A DNA stretch of 64,000 bases from Takakia lepidozioides. Its lineage: Eukaryota; Plantae; Bryophyta. The notes under the pieces were generated by a model. It did not search any database, was not told the origin of the DNA, and saw nothing but the letters and a program-made list of their open reading frames with translations. The position numbers were made by a program, and so were the translations under genes. Positions within the stretch are counted from its first letter, which is position 1. Each line of letters starts with the position of its first letter. Where the stretch lies: the NCBI GenBank assembly GCA_030704615.1, contig CM060733.1, forward strand, positions 7,564,001-7,628,000, in the 5' to 3' direction. This document shows positions 24,743-39,700 of this stretch, piece by piece.

Positions 24743-27700
24743 ATGGACAGACAGCTTGTCAATTGCCTTTCATCGCTACGAGATGCGGCAGGCTCGGTGC
24801 TCGGAGGGGACTCCATTGATCTGGCTCCGTTTGTCAACGACCTATCTGATTTGTGCCAGCACCTTGTGTCCGACCAAGATATCTCCTTCGCAATTGCAGT
24901 GATCTTGGATGATGAGACTGGAATTTTTGGTGTGGTGGAAGCGCTTACGCCGATTAGAGACAAAATTGTTCAGAAAGCTCGAGAGTTATGCATGACTTTT
25001 GTGGCCACCTTCTTAAAGCGCATCGGTAGCCGCGCTCATCCATATGCTCCCTTTGTGCAGGTAATAATTTTCCATGCACGTTGTGCTTGCTACTATGATG
25101 TCAATGCCAATCGATAAATCAACACTCAATCCTCCGGCAACCGTCTCCTTCAGAGCTAGCCGTGAAGTGTATATCATGGGTAATGCGTGAAGGAACACTC
25201 AATGACTCCGTCTTTTTCTCTTTCCACTTATTATATAAAGTGTCAGATGTAGCGGATATTATAGCATGCTGTGGATACAACTGCAGTAATGTCAGAGTTG
25301 CCATATGTCTTCCTACGCTGCCCAAACTGCAATTGTGGTCTCTGGCCGCGAGGGCATACATTACCAAATACATAAAATAGATAGAAAGCAGAGGAGACTT
25401 GGAGTGGAATTGCTTATGCGGCCAATTGCAGAGTCTGAAGCCTTAATCCAACCACAAGTAGTGTTGGTCTTGTTTTTTGGGTGAAGAGACACCAGATTTT
25501 AAGCTTGTTTAGGCAGTAGTCCAATTCTTTTTATGCCAAAAGACAAATGTATCCGTGGTAGCATCAAATTGAGAGACATGACAAATGTAGAGCAGCAGTC
25601 AATTGTAGCTTAAAAGCTCATGGCTTCAAGCTAGGGTTTAGGGTTTTAGAGTCACTAAGACTGGTTTGGTGGAGAAGAAGCATCTGTGATTGAATTGCTG
25701 TTGGATATAGTTTTGCGGCCTTACAATCACAGCCTGTTGCACATCTGTGCCTGTGTAGAAGTCTACAACAGCAGTGTTGTGTCAATCCCCTTCATGTATG
25801 GTGCATATCTCAGTCCTTGAATCAAAACGCAATTCACTGTAACCAGATGATTGTTAGCTACATGTGAGCGATATCCGGTTTTAATAAATTTTCAGATCAG
25901 GTCGGGGAGGGTTTGTGTCCCAGCTATGCCCTCCACAAAACACTATATCAAACACAAACAAGAAAAGATTAACCAATTCATTTCGGAGTGGCCAAGAGGG
26001 GTCCCCCTACCATTAGAGTGTCTCTACTTTCAGTGGGTGTAGTACGGTGCCTCACAGGAACAATGCTGTGTTCCTGCATCCCGGGTAGAGCCTGCAGGGT
26101 GTTGATTACTGCATCAATTTTGGATGATGATTTCCACATTGCCTCATCTTCCTCCAGCTGCACACATTCTTGGTAGGAGTGCTTGAGCGACTCCGTTTCC
26201 ATGTGCAATTAGTATATTTTCGCCTTATGGTTTTCTCAAATTTTATCATTCAGAACGATAGAGACTGATGTTTTGTTGTAGTTCTCGCACTTTTTTCTTT
26301 CAAAAGTTTTTTAAGGCTAAAATTCTTAATTTTTTTTCTCGAATGTCTCCATGGTCCGGCTTTCTTCTCCAATCCTCTTCAGGTGTCATAATCCTATTGT
26401 AACTGTATTTGGAGAGAGCTGACACATTGATGTTATATGTTGTCAAATGCAAAAAATGTGAGATGACAGCTGTACCGATGATGATACTGCATATTCAATG
26501 TAACATCCCTTCCTTTCTGATGAAGAGCATGTGGTCTTTGCCTTATTTCTTACTAATGTACATTGGAATTTGTCAGTTTTGTTTTACCTGCCACTGCTAT
26601 TATTGTGTGGTAGGGAAGCAGTGGGTCACCTGAGACAATTTTTGCTAATGTAGGACAGCGTTCAAGAATTCTAAGAAACTTAGGTGAATCTGTATGTTCA
26701 GTCGTCGCATCTTTCTCATTATTGTAAGAACTTTGTCTAGGAATAGATCGAGCAATGCTTCTTCGCTTTTGGCAGTATGGATTTGATCTCAATTTGGGCC
26801 TTGCAGGAGAAGTGTCTCAAGTTTTTCCGGAGGGATGATGCGAAATCTGTACAGGCGGCAGCATTAACTCCCCTACTAGCATTGCTTGAGTCAAGTTTGC
26901 AGCACTCTAGGCCTTCCAATTTGGCTGTGGATTGGGTTCTAGCCAATATGCTCATGCTGGAGTTTCGTAAAGCAAAGACAAATGGAACCTGTAAACTCTC
27001 TCTCCGTCTTTGGGGTTCTGTGGTCATAAGTTGTTCTAATTTTGTGTTGGGGCCCTTTGGGCTCCCAAAAGGTGTAATGATTTATTACGCCCTTGTGAGG
27101 CTTAAGTAGCCTACCAGAGTATTAGAAGGCTTCAGAACAGATATCAAAGTTGATGACCATATTTTTCCGCTGGCCAATGTTTAGGATCAGTTCTGACTTA
27201 TATTATTGTGGGATGTTGTAGTGAGAGCAAACATTATTGTTCTTTTGGGTCGTTTGGTGGAGTACTATAATGAATCCTTTAGTGAGGACAATGTGATGAC
27301 AATTTTAAGGCTATGCCTGGATGCACTGGAAGAGCAGCTGCACCAGCCCTTGTATGTCCTTGTGGCGGGGGCTATGAAGTGTCTTGATTCGCTTCTTACA
27401 TGGTTTGACAGCTCTCTGCCAGCAGGAGGTAATTCTGCCTAAGAACAACAATCTCCGTTAATATGTGTCTATCATTGTTACCATTTTTGAAGCAGCTTGA
27501 AGGAGTTACAGCCTTAGCGACAGGAATTATGATGCTAAAACTACTCACCTAATTTGCCATTTGTGGGGTGGTTAGTAGTTTACAGATAGCTTTTGGAAGC
27601 TTAAGTCCCTACCTAATAGAATTGAACAGGTCTTATTTATTGAATGTGTTCATGGGGTTGGGGCCTTGTGTGCTCAACCACCCTAGTAAAATTTTCTACC

Positions 27701-30700
27701 TCTAGGAAAGTAAAATACTGCTGATTTCTTATCAAATTAATCTCATGGCCTAGTCATGTTTTGACTTATTTCTCAAGTACATGGGAGTGCTACCGGTGTT
27801 TGAGTAGTAATAATGCCACCTCTTATTGGGATTCCTGTAACTAAGCTGTCCAGGCCAGTAGTCCTGAGTGTGGTACAAGATGTTTACTGTTGTTGTCAAC
27901 TTGTAATGCTCAGGTTCCGTGGAAAATTCTAGAAGAGTCTACACATATCTTGAGCAAGTGTTGTGGCCTCGTGAGGATCTTAAAAAATACGAGGGTTTGA
28001 GAGGTAAAGGATGTTCCTTTTTGCGACATCGCATTCCTGACAGCATTGTTGTGTCTTGCATGTGCTAAAAGGTTGATTGCTGGGGATTCTCCTCTGTTGG
28101 CTTGTGAACTTACCAGGACAGTCTGTGAAATGTGTGGGTGATGATTCTGTAGGAGATGTACTCGGAAGTTGTGGCAGAGGAAAATAATCTGATTTAACTG
28201 ACTTGGCATCATCTGATCAGCTGGGCTACAGCTGCTATCAAGACATGCGGGGCTTTTCAGCCTGCGTCTTTTGGAAGATGGAATGAGAAACCTCAAGTGG
28301 CTGCAAGACTACTGGTATGCACTTTCTTGTTCTCATTCTCTCTCCTTATTTTTTTTTTTGAAAAAATTGATTTCCCTTAAGAATGGATTAAGCTTCCCAA
28401 GGTACTGATCACTATGGCATGTATGGAGCTATATGCTTCCTTTCATGGATCAGAAGTTTGGGGTTGTTTTGATCCACTTGAACGGCCAGAGTTTAACCTG
28501 CCCTGACTATCATCCTGTGGACATACAGGACAATTCATGATATTTATGAATGGGTGGGAGGTCAGGCATTTCTGGTTGGTGCACATCACCAGGACGTTGT
28601 TCTTATATTGTAACTACCAAGAGGTTGGGATTCCTTAGAAAAGGCAAATGTATTCTCACTTCTGAGACAAAGAAGACGAAGGTATAGAATGCAATTGCCT
28701 GGAGGTTGGGATTCAGAGACCTATGAAGCATAATATAGTTATTAAAGGGAAGTTGCCAATGCTTGGGGACGAGTGCTTAGCATCAGTGCTAAGCACTACT
28801 CATCTGAGGATGTCCTTCTTTCCGTGGATGGGCTCTAAGGGGCCCCCGTGGACCTTGTGACGATTGTGCTGTATGTTTTCTAGCATGATCTCTGTAGTCT
28901 GTACCATCCTGCAGACCAAACTTTCAATTAGCTTGCTGTGTGGGATCGCCCTGACAATTTTGTGTGGACGTTCCATACCATGATGGGTACAAAAACTGGG
29001 AGGGTGGATATCCTGTGAGGACTAAGCCCTCCAGGGTTCACGGCTGGAAGTTGCAGGGAATTTGCATTTCTCACCCTCCCTGAAGTTTATCCTCTTGCTA
29101 GTTCTAGTCTTTTTTTTTGTTAGGTCTTGTGCTACAAGCTGTCTGGGTTCTCTGTGTACCTGTTAAAGCTTCTTTTCTTTCAACCAGCAGGAAATTGAGA
29201 TTGTGAAATCATACCGGTACCTAGGTCTGGTTATCCACTCCCCCAAGTTTCACTTTGCAGCCACAGCCTTGGACAGATTGACTAAAGGTAAGGCGGCCTC
29301 CGTCCGCCTTCAGGCCAAATGCAAGCAAATACATCTGCGGCATCCCCCGACCAAAAAGTGGCTGTTTGACACCGTCGTCAGCCCTGCTACCATCTATGGT
29401 TGTGAGTTCTGGGCACCTGGTGTCCCTGTCTCCTGGTGGGAAAAGAATTTGGAACCATTACAGTCATCTTTTCTCCAAGCAATGCTTGGCGCCAGGAGCA
29501 CAACTCCATCTCAGATCCTAGGTGCAGAGTTCGCATGTGTACCATTGCAATCCGAGGCCCTCTTCAGGCTTACAATCTTTCTCCATAGATTGCAGGCCCT
29601 TCCACCCAAAGGGCTAGTGGCAAGGGCCCTCACAACATCTATGAGGCTCAAAGCTGCAGGTTTCAGGAACTCCTGGTATGCTCGAGTGGACAGTTTATTT
29701 CAACGTAACGGACTTTCTACTGCTTTCCTATTACCAATGAACCCAGATGAGATGGACATCACAGCCAGACATGACCGCAACAGACTCATTCGGAGAGAGC
29801 TTATGGAATTACATGTCAAGAGAACTTGGATGCTACCCAATCTCACGACAAGCTCCACTTCTATCGAGAGACATTCTTGGTGCTCCGCGATGATAGAATC
29901 TTGAGACCAAATCACCTTTCAGCACCCTTATCTCCTTCCCTTTTGAGGGCATTGGGGCGGTTCAGGGTGGGTTCCCACAACCTACGGATAGAGACTGGCA
30001 GATGGGAAAACCTGCAACGGGAGGACCGCCTATGTCCAGCTTGCATAGGGCGCAGCAAGGAAATTGAAACTGAAGAACACTTCTTCTTCTACTGCCCTTT
30101 ATACTACGAGATCCGTGGGAGATTCCACTGTTTATTCAGTGGAACCCAAACTCTCACTGATGTCTTTCACTATGAGGATCAAAAATGCTTGGCAGCCTAC
30201 CTACACGAGGCCTTCACCCTTAGACAATCGCTAGAACATTAATTGTGGTTTCTGGATTTGTTCCTCTCTCATGTTTTCTTCCATTTTGTCCCATAAGCTC
30301 TACGAGCTTTCCGCGGACGTTATAAAGCACCATTTCATTTCATTTCATTTCTTATCTGAAAAATGTGCATGAGTTTGTTTCTTGTTTGCTGCATGTTCTT
30401 GTCCAATAAGCTCTTTGGGACGTCTTTGGAAACATTTAAGTCCTCTCTTACATAATAAAGTACCATTTCATTGCATTTCCTCCATTTTGAGGACCTGAAG
30501 TTATCATGGGCCTCCCGTGGGTGCGATGGTGGTTTCTCCCTCTCTCCTTATTTCATTTCCATTTCATTTCCATTTCATTTCTTTCTTTGCGCCACACCCC
30601 CCACCAAAACGTGGCTCTTCAACTCGTTTGTCACCCCTGCCGCCACTTATGGCTGTGGGTTCTGGGCACCTGGTGTCCCAGTTTGGCGGGAAAAAAATCT

Positions 30701-33700
30701 AGAACCACTGCAATCATCTTTCCTCCAAGGAATGCTTGGAGCTAGAGGGACAACACCATAACACATTCTATGTGCGGAAATTTCATGCGTCCCAAACTGA
30801 GGCCATCTTCTGCCTTAAAATCTTTCTTACAAGGTTACAAGCCCGTCCCCCCAAAGGGTTGACAGTCTGGGCCCTCACAAAATCTATCAGGCTCCTATGC
30901 AAGCAAGCAAGCAAGCAAGCAAGCATAGGAAAGATGATCCTCCTATACAAGCATTCCTGGTATGCTCGGGTGTCATCTTTTTGTAGAGCAATAGAGTGTC
31001 CATTGCTTCCCTACTGCCACAGAATACGCAGGGGGTGGGTATTGTGTCCAAACAGGACCACAATAGATGCTTCAGAAGAGAACTTATGCAAGTACACGTC
31101 AGGTGGACATGAAAACCAGCCACTTGACAACAAAACTGCAAATCTATCAGGAGACATTAATGATTCTACGGGACGATAAGATCTTGTGGCCTAATTAATG
31201 TGAAGACTGACTATGCCCTGCTTGCGCTGGGCACTACAGGGAGATTGAAAGTGAAGAACATTTCTTCTTTCACTGCACTTTATACTGTGAGACCCATGGG
31301 AGATTCAATCATCTATTCCGGGATACCCAATCTCTCACGGTGGTCTTCCATAACGAGGATCAGAAATGCTTGGCAGCTTACCTGCATGGAACATTGACTC
31401 TTAGACAGCCCTTTGAGCTTTAGTTGCTTTTGGGCTGTTTGTGGCCCCTCTCTCTTTCTTGTTTCTTTCTTCCTCTTGTCCCATAAGCTCTTTGAGCTTC
31501 CACGGACGTTGCAAAGTTCACCTCATTTCTTCTCTCTGGGCCTTCTGGGCATCCGTTGGACACAAGAACCTTCATCTTGTTCTATTCTTCTCTTTTCTTA
31601 GCCACCCCATCTCTACACAGCAATGTGGTATTTGTTTTCCAAACGATTGTTGACAGTGGCAACCCTGCAGCACGCACGTAAATGCACAGATAAGGGATGT
31701 GGCTCTTCCAGCTTATGATCAGTTCATTTTTCAAGTAAGTTAAGAAGCCTGAACTTCCAGAACTAGCTTTAAGCATCATAAGGCACCCATGCTGCAGCGC
31801 CTGATTTTTAGTGCTTCTTCGTTTGCTATGTGTTCTTCTTTGTTTCTTCTCTCCAATTCCATGAGAGATTTATTCTAACCCATTTAGCTCTTCCTCGTGA
31901 TGCATCGGCCTTTCAGGCCTCCAGTACACTCAATAACTTTCCTTTCTCTAACACTTTTCCTATTTGTTCTTCTCTTTCGTAGTCAGTGCAGTGTTGGCAA
32001 ATGACTTGATGTGAAGGGTGCTGCTGTTAGCTTTCATGGGATCTGTCTTCTTAGTTTTGTAATGCATTGTAATAGTTGTTTCGGTTTTGGGGGTTCCAGA
32101 TCTCAAGATCCCTAGTTTCTGACAGCCGGATAACGAATGCCCAACACATTTACAAGGTACGAGCTTTATTACGTGGATGACATTCTGACTGATTAATTCT
32201 AGTATCTCCTGTGCGGTAGTGAGACCAAGTCACGCTTACAGACTAGCAACCAAGTTCAACTCATCTTGCTCATATGCAGCAATTAATGTCTACCAAGATG
32301 AAAGTTGAACCAATTCCAGCAGTGATAGAGCTGTTTGATTTCGAAAATGTTCAGACTATCTTGTGGTTTATATTGCAGCTCTTCATAGCAGATGCTTTGG
32401 GAGTGCTGGACTCTCAGGGAGCTGACCCAAGGAGGGTCTCTCTTGCCATACGTGCTGTGGGAAAGTTGGCTGCGCCAATCATTAAGTTTTCGGGCAAAGA
32501 AAGCTTGAAAGAAGCATTTTACCGGCTTGAGCCCTTTGGTGGATTATCAAGGTTCTTTCTGTTTAGGCCTGGTTTTCTAATGCTTTATTTGTTGTCTTCT
32601 TCCACACACAATGTGGGATGAATGGGGTTGGGGTTTGGGGAATCTTGGGGGACTTTCATACCACAGGCAGGCTTTCTGTGGAGGTGAAGTCCTAGACATC
32701 CCTCCATGCGAATTAAGAACATGTCTATCTAAAATCTGGTTTGGTCATGTCATTTTGTTGTGAACTTCAGAGGAGCAGAGGTACACAATGAATCTCTGGG
32801 ACACGCAGTCACCATTGTGGGGGCATTTGCTGATATGGTCATCCACGTCAATGACGTCGAAGATTTCATGATTTCTTTTATTGCTGAGGTTGGTTCTTGT
32901 TCTTCCAGACCTGAATGCAACAACAATCTTGTTGTCAATTTCCCAGCTGAATGGATTTAGGATGACATTTTCAGACCATCCATAGGGACTCCCGGGTTTC
33001 ATTGGCTGGTGCTCACCTCTTAACTAAATAATAATCAACGTATGCTATGATAAGGCCACAATTGTGGGTCATCCCACTCTCGAAGTCATCAGTCCTGGCC
33101 ACATTCCTGGCTTTTCAATCAGTAAAGTTAGTTCCATCAGATCACCTCCACCAATTTGGCAGAGAAGCTCCTGTGGCAGTTGCCATACAGAAGTCTTGTC
33201 ATGATCATACCCAGAACTATATATGAGGTTGACCATAGTCAAGGTCAGGTTGCACTTGTGTGTGCTTGTGTTGAAGGCCTTTTTGGTTGACACCTTTTGT
33301 CTGAGCATTTTTTGTACTGTCACGGTTGCAGGTCACAGGAAATATCTTCTATCAGTTTCCCCAACTTTTTCCAAAGCAGAAGACAGCTGTTTACACCACT
33401 CTGCGCAGCCTGTTCAAGGCACTTTATATGAAAGGGGCAGTTTTCTCTTTGTTTATAAACAATATAGGTTGGTGCATGTCTCTGAAGATATGAGGCTTAG
33501 CTTGTGTTTTGTTTACTAGCCCTGGGACTCCTTCTGGGTGTCTTGTGTCCAGTTGTGCTTACATATCTTCTTCAGAATCACATAGCAGGACTGCTGATGC
33601 ACTAGGCGCATAAAGATTCTCATGGCTTTCATGTCCTTGTAGTGTGGTCGTCACTTGAGAGGGCGATGGAACCAGTGGAAGCTGCACCTGGGGAGCCAGG

Positions 33701-36700
33701 GGCGCAGCTATGGCAGCAGTATGTGGACCTCTGGTCACATCTTCTGGACTTAGCATCTGATGAAGTGCAGGAACGAGCGTTGGTCACAGAGGAGGAAGAG
33801 ACTCTTGAGGATATAGTTCCCTCCGATGTTGGTGATGTGGGCATAAATGCAACCCAGCTACAAGAGTCCATCTTTGATGCTATTATCCATTGTGTAATTA
33901 AAGTGATGACTGAGCTTAATTTAAAGTACCGTGTGAGACCAGCGACATCGGCTGCTCCTCCAGGTATGCTCAGGATTGTTTGGCAACATTTAGGATATTC
34001 TGGGTAGTTGCTAAGAATTTTTGGGTGTGTTCAGGATCTTGGCAGGATGTTGGTACTGGGTATCCAAGAGCTGTACATTCACTCATTCGACTAAGAGACG
34101 TTAACGTGTAACTTGAATTTGGGTGGGACACAAGAATGCTGGATGTACTAAGCCACTTTTGACTAGCTCTGTTGGAGAGTAGCTGTAGAAAGTTAAGATC
34201 TTAAGAGTCCTTACTCATGCCACCTTGTGGGCGAAGCCAAGGCATGTCATCAGCTTGGGACTGAGAACCTCATGACATGTCTTGTGGCTCAGAGGAGGTG
34301 GAGGGTGGTGCATCAGAGCCAGAAGAGATGGATGCCATTGAGCCCTTGAACTTGTTCCACATGCGCAAGTATCTCAACTTGGTAGGTAAAGAAGGACAAC
34401 TCTACTGGTTGCATTGTTGACTGTGCCTTGTCATCTTAGGGGAAGGAAAGGTTGGTCACTGTCTCTGGATGTTAAGGAGTGCAAAGTTCTCCAACAGATT
34501 TGTGAACTGCTTGTTGTGCTAAGGGCTGCGTGACATTTACATGGTTGTTTGAATCAGGTGGAGTTTGTACAAAAGCTGTTATCAGGGTGAGACCGTAACA
34601 CTTTCTGAAGTGATATGCAAGCTTACACCTCTATTATGTTGACCTGTCATACTCATGCGCTACATTTTAAATGCAGCTGAAATCACTCATATGGTCCGAG
34701 CAATTAGCTTCCTTGATCTTCCCTCAGTAGTTTCTGTTCAATTGGAGAAAGTCAAGATCAAGGATATTGAGGATGTAAGCAGCAGTGATAACTGGTGACA
34801 CCTGATAATTGTTGAAGCCTGTTGTAGAAATCGTAATGAAGATTTCTGATGATGAATGGAGAAGATCAAACCATACCTAACATGTGATAGTGATTCGTAA
34901 TGGCAGTCCATATGCCCGTCTGTTTGTGAAGTGGATCTTTCCCTTCGGCCGTTGCACTATTGACCTCTCAAGCCGGTATCCACTTATCAGCGGCTTCTAC
35001 AAGCTTCTGGCAATTGCCATAAGAACTGCAGATCGTACGGGTTTCTTCACATGTACAGATACGACGATCTCAGTTGAGAACACAAGCTCTTTGTTTGTTG
35101 ACTGCAACGACACTTCCACTACTGAGGTAATGAATTCAGTCAGCTTAGTTGCAACCATGTATCTATATTGACACCATACGTATTAGTTCCAATGGGAAAG
35201 AACGAGCAGAAAGGAAAACACAAGTCCCCATGAGGCCATGTGACATGGTGCAACCACAAGAGAAAACCAAAAGCATTGAAAAAACTGGAATGTCTCCATC
35301 CAATATATGTAAGCTGCTTAGAGGCGTTTAGGACAAGGAATCTTCTCCTGATCTAGTATTAGCCAGGGCAAGGAAAAAGTTGTGACATTTTGTCTTCACT
35401 CTCAGGTGGTGCATATTTAGCACACCGGGTATGTCATTCCAACCCTGAAGTTTCCTCCTATGAAGGGGATGGCTGCCATTCTCTGCCTATATACTCTTAT
35501 GGTGGTGCTCTTAGTCTCCTCTACTTAAGTGACCTGATGCAGATCCTAGAGAAGTTGCTGTAAGTGGCGAAGTTTTATGGCGGTCTCTCGATTGTTGCAG
35601 GCAGGAGTAGCACTGGTCTCTGAACACGATCGATGTCTTTGCAAGGAGCTATTCAGCAAGTATTTGCATGAGGTTCTGGTAGCCAGCAGACGTTACAAGC
35701 TGGAGCTTCTAGCTTCATGTCTCCGGTTATGCTTGTCCGCACCTCCTGATTTGATTGGCATTGCCTCATTGGTTCCACCCATGAGAAGTGCTTTGAAGAT
35801 TGGACTTCGATATCCTTCATACTTGTGTCATGTGTGACAGGGTGGTGTTTTTACGTTGTCCAATTGTAGTGTATGCATACCTACATATATTCAGCATGAA
35901 AAGAAACTTAAATGTAGAGTGAGGGACTTCCTTTAAGTTTTCTTTCATTGGCTGATGCAGTGTCAGGGATTGCTCAAAATCCAAAGTATGAAGATTGATG
36001 TTCTTGACAAAAAATTTGTGCACATATCCACCACTGGCAATGGTTACGATGGATGCAATAGAAAGATGGCAAAAGACTTTCCCCAAGGAGCTTCAACCAT
36101 GGCTTCCCCAAGTTGTTCCCCGCTTAAATGACTACTTGATTGAGGTGGAAACTACTGAAGTTTCGGAGGATACTGGTGAGGTTGATAACCAGCCCTATTC
36201 TGCAGGCAGCCGTGCGATGGCCTCCAATACAAAGAATCTGTCACGAGGTCAACTTGCCCGACTCAAGGAAGCTAGAGCCAAGGAGGCACAGGTGAAGGCT
36301 ACCTTTATTTGCTTAACTGTACCTGAGTTTGTTACTTCTGGAATTCAAGTTGTGGACAATGGTTGAAGATTGTTCATGAACTTAGCCCTTTCTCTGGCTC
36401 TCTTGCATGCGTAGTAGTGTGACTGGCTACTGGTATCATCTTATCTAACCACTGAATATGGAATTCTGTCATTCTTCTTCCACCAACGACATTTGATGTA
36501 TTAAGGCAGAGGGCCACAGTAGCAGTGCTGCTGTTGACATCATGCTTATCAATGTGATGTCATTGCCAGCACACGGTGCACCAACAAAATTGTGTATGGG
36601 TACTATGGCAATTAGGCTGATATCCAGAACCCTCACCAGAACCATCTCGTGCAGGGTTAGAATCCTGCATCCTTACCCTCAATGGTCTGTCACAGCCAGT

Positions 36701-39700
36701 AACTGCAGTTAATTTTGAGTAGGTAATCTCCATGGTCACCAGTGTTTTTCCTTATTTTTTTACTTTTTCATTTTTCCAAAATCGCCACACGGGCCACACG
36801 TAGATTGTACCCAGTCATGTGGTGAGAAGAACGCCGTGGCAGGGTTAGAAAAGTGGCTATAGGACAGGTGGCACGTTTTAACAGGTCCACATAGGCAGAA
36901 ACAGGCACCTGATATTCAAATTTTTGGCGCTTTCTGTCAAATTAGCTGGCCCATTTTCCTGGTCAAAATCTGTCGATTTTTCACCAGGAAAAAAATTATT
37001 GATAGTCACCTTGGGCTTCTTGTGGACATTGTGAATTTCCTCCTTCTGGAGCTACTGTGAGGAAAGATGGATTTCTTTTCCTAAACAAAAAGGATTACCA
37101 CGGAAAATGGTTTGTTTCAACGAGGCAAGGGTTGTTGTTCTACTTTGTGTCCCTTCGAGCCTGTGGGTTTCTCATTGCTTTGTCTTGTTCCATAAGCTCT
37201 TTGACCTTTCCACAGACGTTATAAAGTATCATTTCATTTCATTGCAACCATGAATGAAGGTAGAACTGTACAGATATTGTACTGTTTCCTTCATTTTATG
37301 GTAATTAGGAACATGTCTAACTTTGCAGTGGATGGTGCTGCAGCCTGGGCCCTTTGAGCTCACCCAAGTACGAATGCAAAAATTTTTGGGGCACATTGGA
37401 CGCTTTGCGCATCTCCTTGTCTCTGATGTGGATCTGCTACAGGAGACTGGTACGGGGGGCTTAGCCTGGGACACAGCTGATAGGATCAAATTCACACTAC
37501 CATTCAGGGATGAGAAACCTGACATCTGGCTAGGTATATACTCTCCTGTGGATATACTAGATCGTCTTCTTTTCTTCTTGATTGCCCTAGACCTAGGAAC
37601 CATCCTAGGCACCCTTTCATTTCATTTCATTTCTTTCACCGTTTAGTTTCTAAATTCCATTTTCCCATAAGCTCGTTGAGCTCCGTGTTGATGTTGTAAA
37701 GTTCCTTCAATTCCTGCTGAAGTGGTCATTTCTTTGCACCATTTCATTTCATTTCATTTGTTCTACCCTGTCCCATGGGCCCTCGTGGTCCCCTGTGGAT
37801 GTTATACAGTCACTTTCTTTCTTGGCAGCCTACCTACACGAGGCCTTCACCCTTAGACAATCGCTAGAACATTAATTGTGGTTTCTGGATTTGTTCCTCT
37901 CTCATGTTTTCTTCCATTTTGTCCCATAAGCTCTACAAGCTTTCCGCGGACGTTATAAAGCACCATTTCATTTCATTTCTTATACAATCACCCTGTCCCA
38001 TAAGCTCTATGAGCTTCCCGTGGACGTTATAAAGCACCATTTCATTTCATTTCATTTCTTGACTCTTAGACAATCGTTTGAGTAATAGTTGCTTTTGGGC
38101 GGCTTGTGGCCCCTCTCTCCTTATTGTTTCTTGCTTCCTCTTGTCCCATAAGGTCTTTGAGCTTTCCACAGACGTTGTAAGTACCATTTCCTTTTCTATT
38201 TCATTTCTTTCCCTCTCTTATCTGCTAGCAGCACACCTGCCCTTCTCTGCATATTTTAGTCATTGGCATACCAAGAAGGACATGAAATGGTACTTCATAA
38301 CGTGGGAAGCTAGACCTTATGGTACAAGAGGAAATGAAATGAAATGGTACTTTGCGGAAAGTAAGAAGGAAACAAGAAAGAGAGGGGCCACAAACAGGCC
38401 AAACGCAACTTAAGCCCAAGAGTCAATGCTTCATGCAGGTAATCTGCCTAGCATTCTTGATCCTTGTAATGGAAGACCTTGGTGAGAGATTGGGTATCCC
38501 GGAATAGACAGTTGAATCTCCACAAAAAGAGCAACCTTAGAACCACAGAAAACGACTTTCCACAGGATGGACGTGGGTCAAACTAAGACACAGCCAACAA
38601 GGCCATCTAGCCACTAGTAGCAAGTGGTACCAAGGCATAAGATGAATGTGCAAGAAGTGGGAAACCAGGCTTCACTTCCCAACAACTACCAACAAGAGTC
38701 ACTCTTCATCCACCCCATCATGAGGAGAGTTACACCCACCTACAATTGTAAGGACCCTTAGTGTTTTGTCCCCAGGTGATAGTGAGAGAGCATCCTCTTT
38801 ATTTCCCTTCAAGAGAGCTCACAGGCTGCGATTGGAAAGCCCAGCAGCTGAGTTTAGGAATTTTCCGCTCAACCTTCTCATCTTCATGGGGGTTCACTGC
38901 AGAGGGGACCAAAAAAAGAGAGGAGGCTCCGACGGTAAAATTTAACTGAAGCCATCTTTATGTTGATCTTTCACAGATCCTCTACTCTCAAGAATAGTGG
39001 AGCTGGCAGTTTCCTCAAGTGACCGGCGGACAAAAGTAACTGCAAGTGAGCTATTGCAGGCAGTATGTCTGCTCATGCTTGGGAGTGCTGCCAAGGGCCC
39101 CACCCGGCGAAGAAATGAAGAGACTCAATCTGTACGATTCTTTTTATTTCTTGCCCCAAAGACAGAGGGATATGATGCCAGCTTGCTGTCCATCGAAGGA
39201 CAGTAATCTGGTTTGCAGGCTGTCTTCAAAGGAGCACTGCTATGAAGAAATTTTGCAGTTTAGACAAAAGCAGTTTCTGGATAGAATGTCCATCGTTTAA
39301 AAGAAGTTGTACTCGATTTTGGCCAACTGTCCTCATATGCTTGTATTGTCTTTCCATTGTTCAGGTTCATTTTGAAAAACTCTACCGGCGGTTATTTCCA
39401 GCCATTCTACGGCTTGCTACAGATGTTGAACTGGTATCCTTCCCTGCCATTGACTGTGGCCTTTATCCTTGTGGACGTAATCAATTTCTTCTTTCTTTCT
39501 TGCTTTTGGGCTGTTTTTTGGCTCTGGTTTTGTTTCCACTCTCATGTGTTTTCCATTTTGTCCCATAAGCTCTTTGAGCTTTGCGGACGTTATAAAGTAC
39601 CATTTCATCTCATTTCTTCTTAGGCATTCCCTTGAGCAGTAGTTGCTTTTGGGCTGCTTCTGGCTCCCTCTGGGTGTTTTTTTTTACTCTTTTCTCTTTT

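Noticed and set aside
25631-25650. Telomere-like TAGGGTTTAGGGTTTTAG
   Set aside because: Only about two units; consistent with a common telo-box, not an interstitial telomere.
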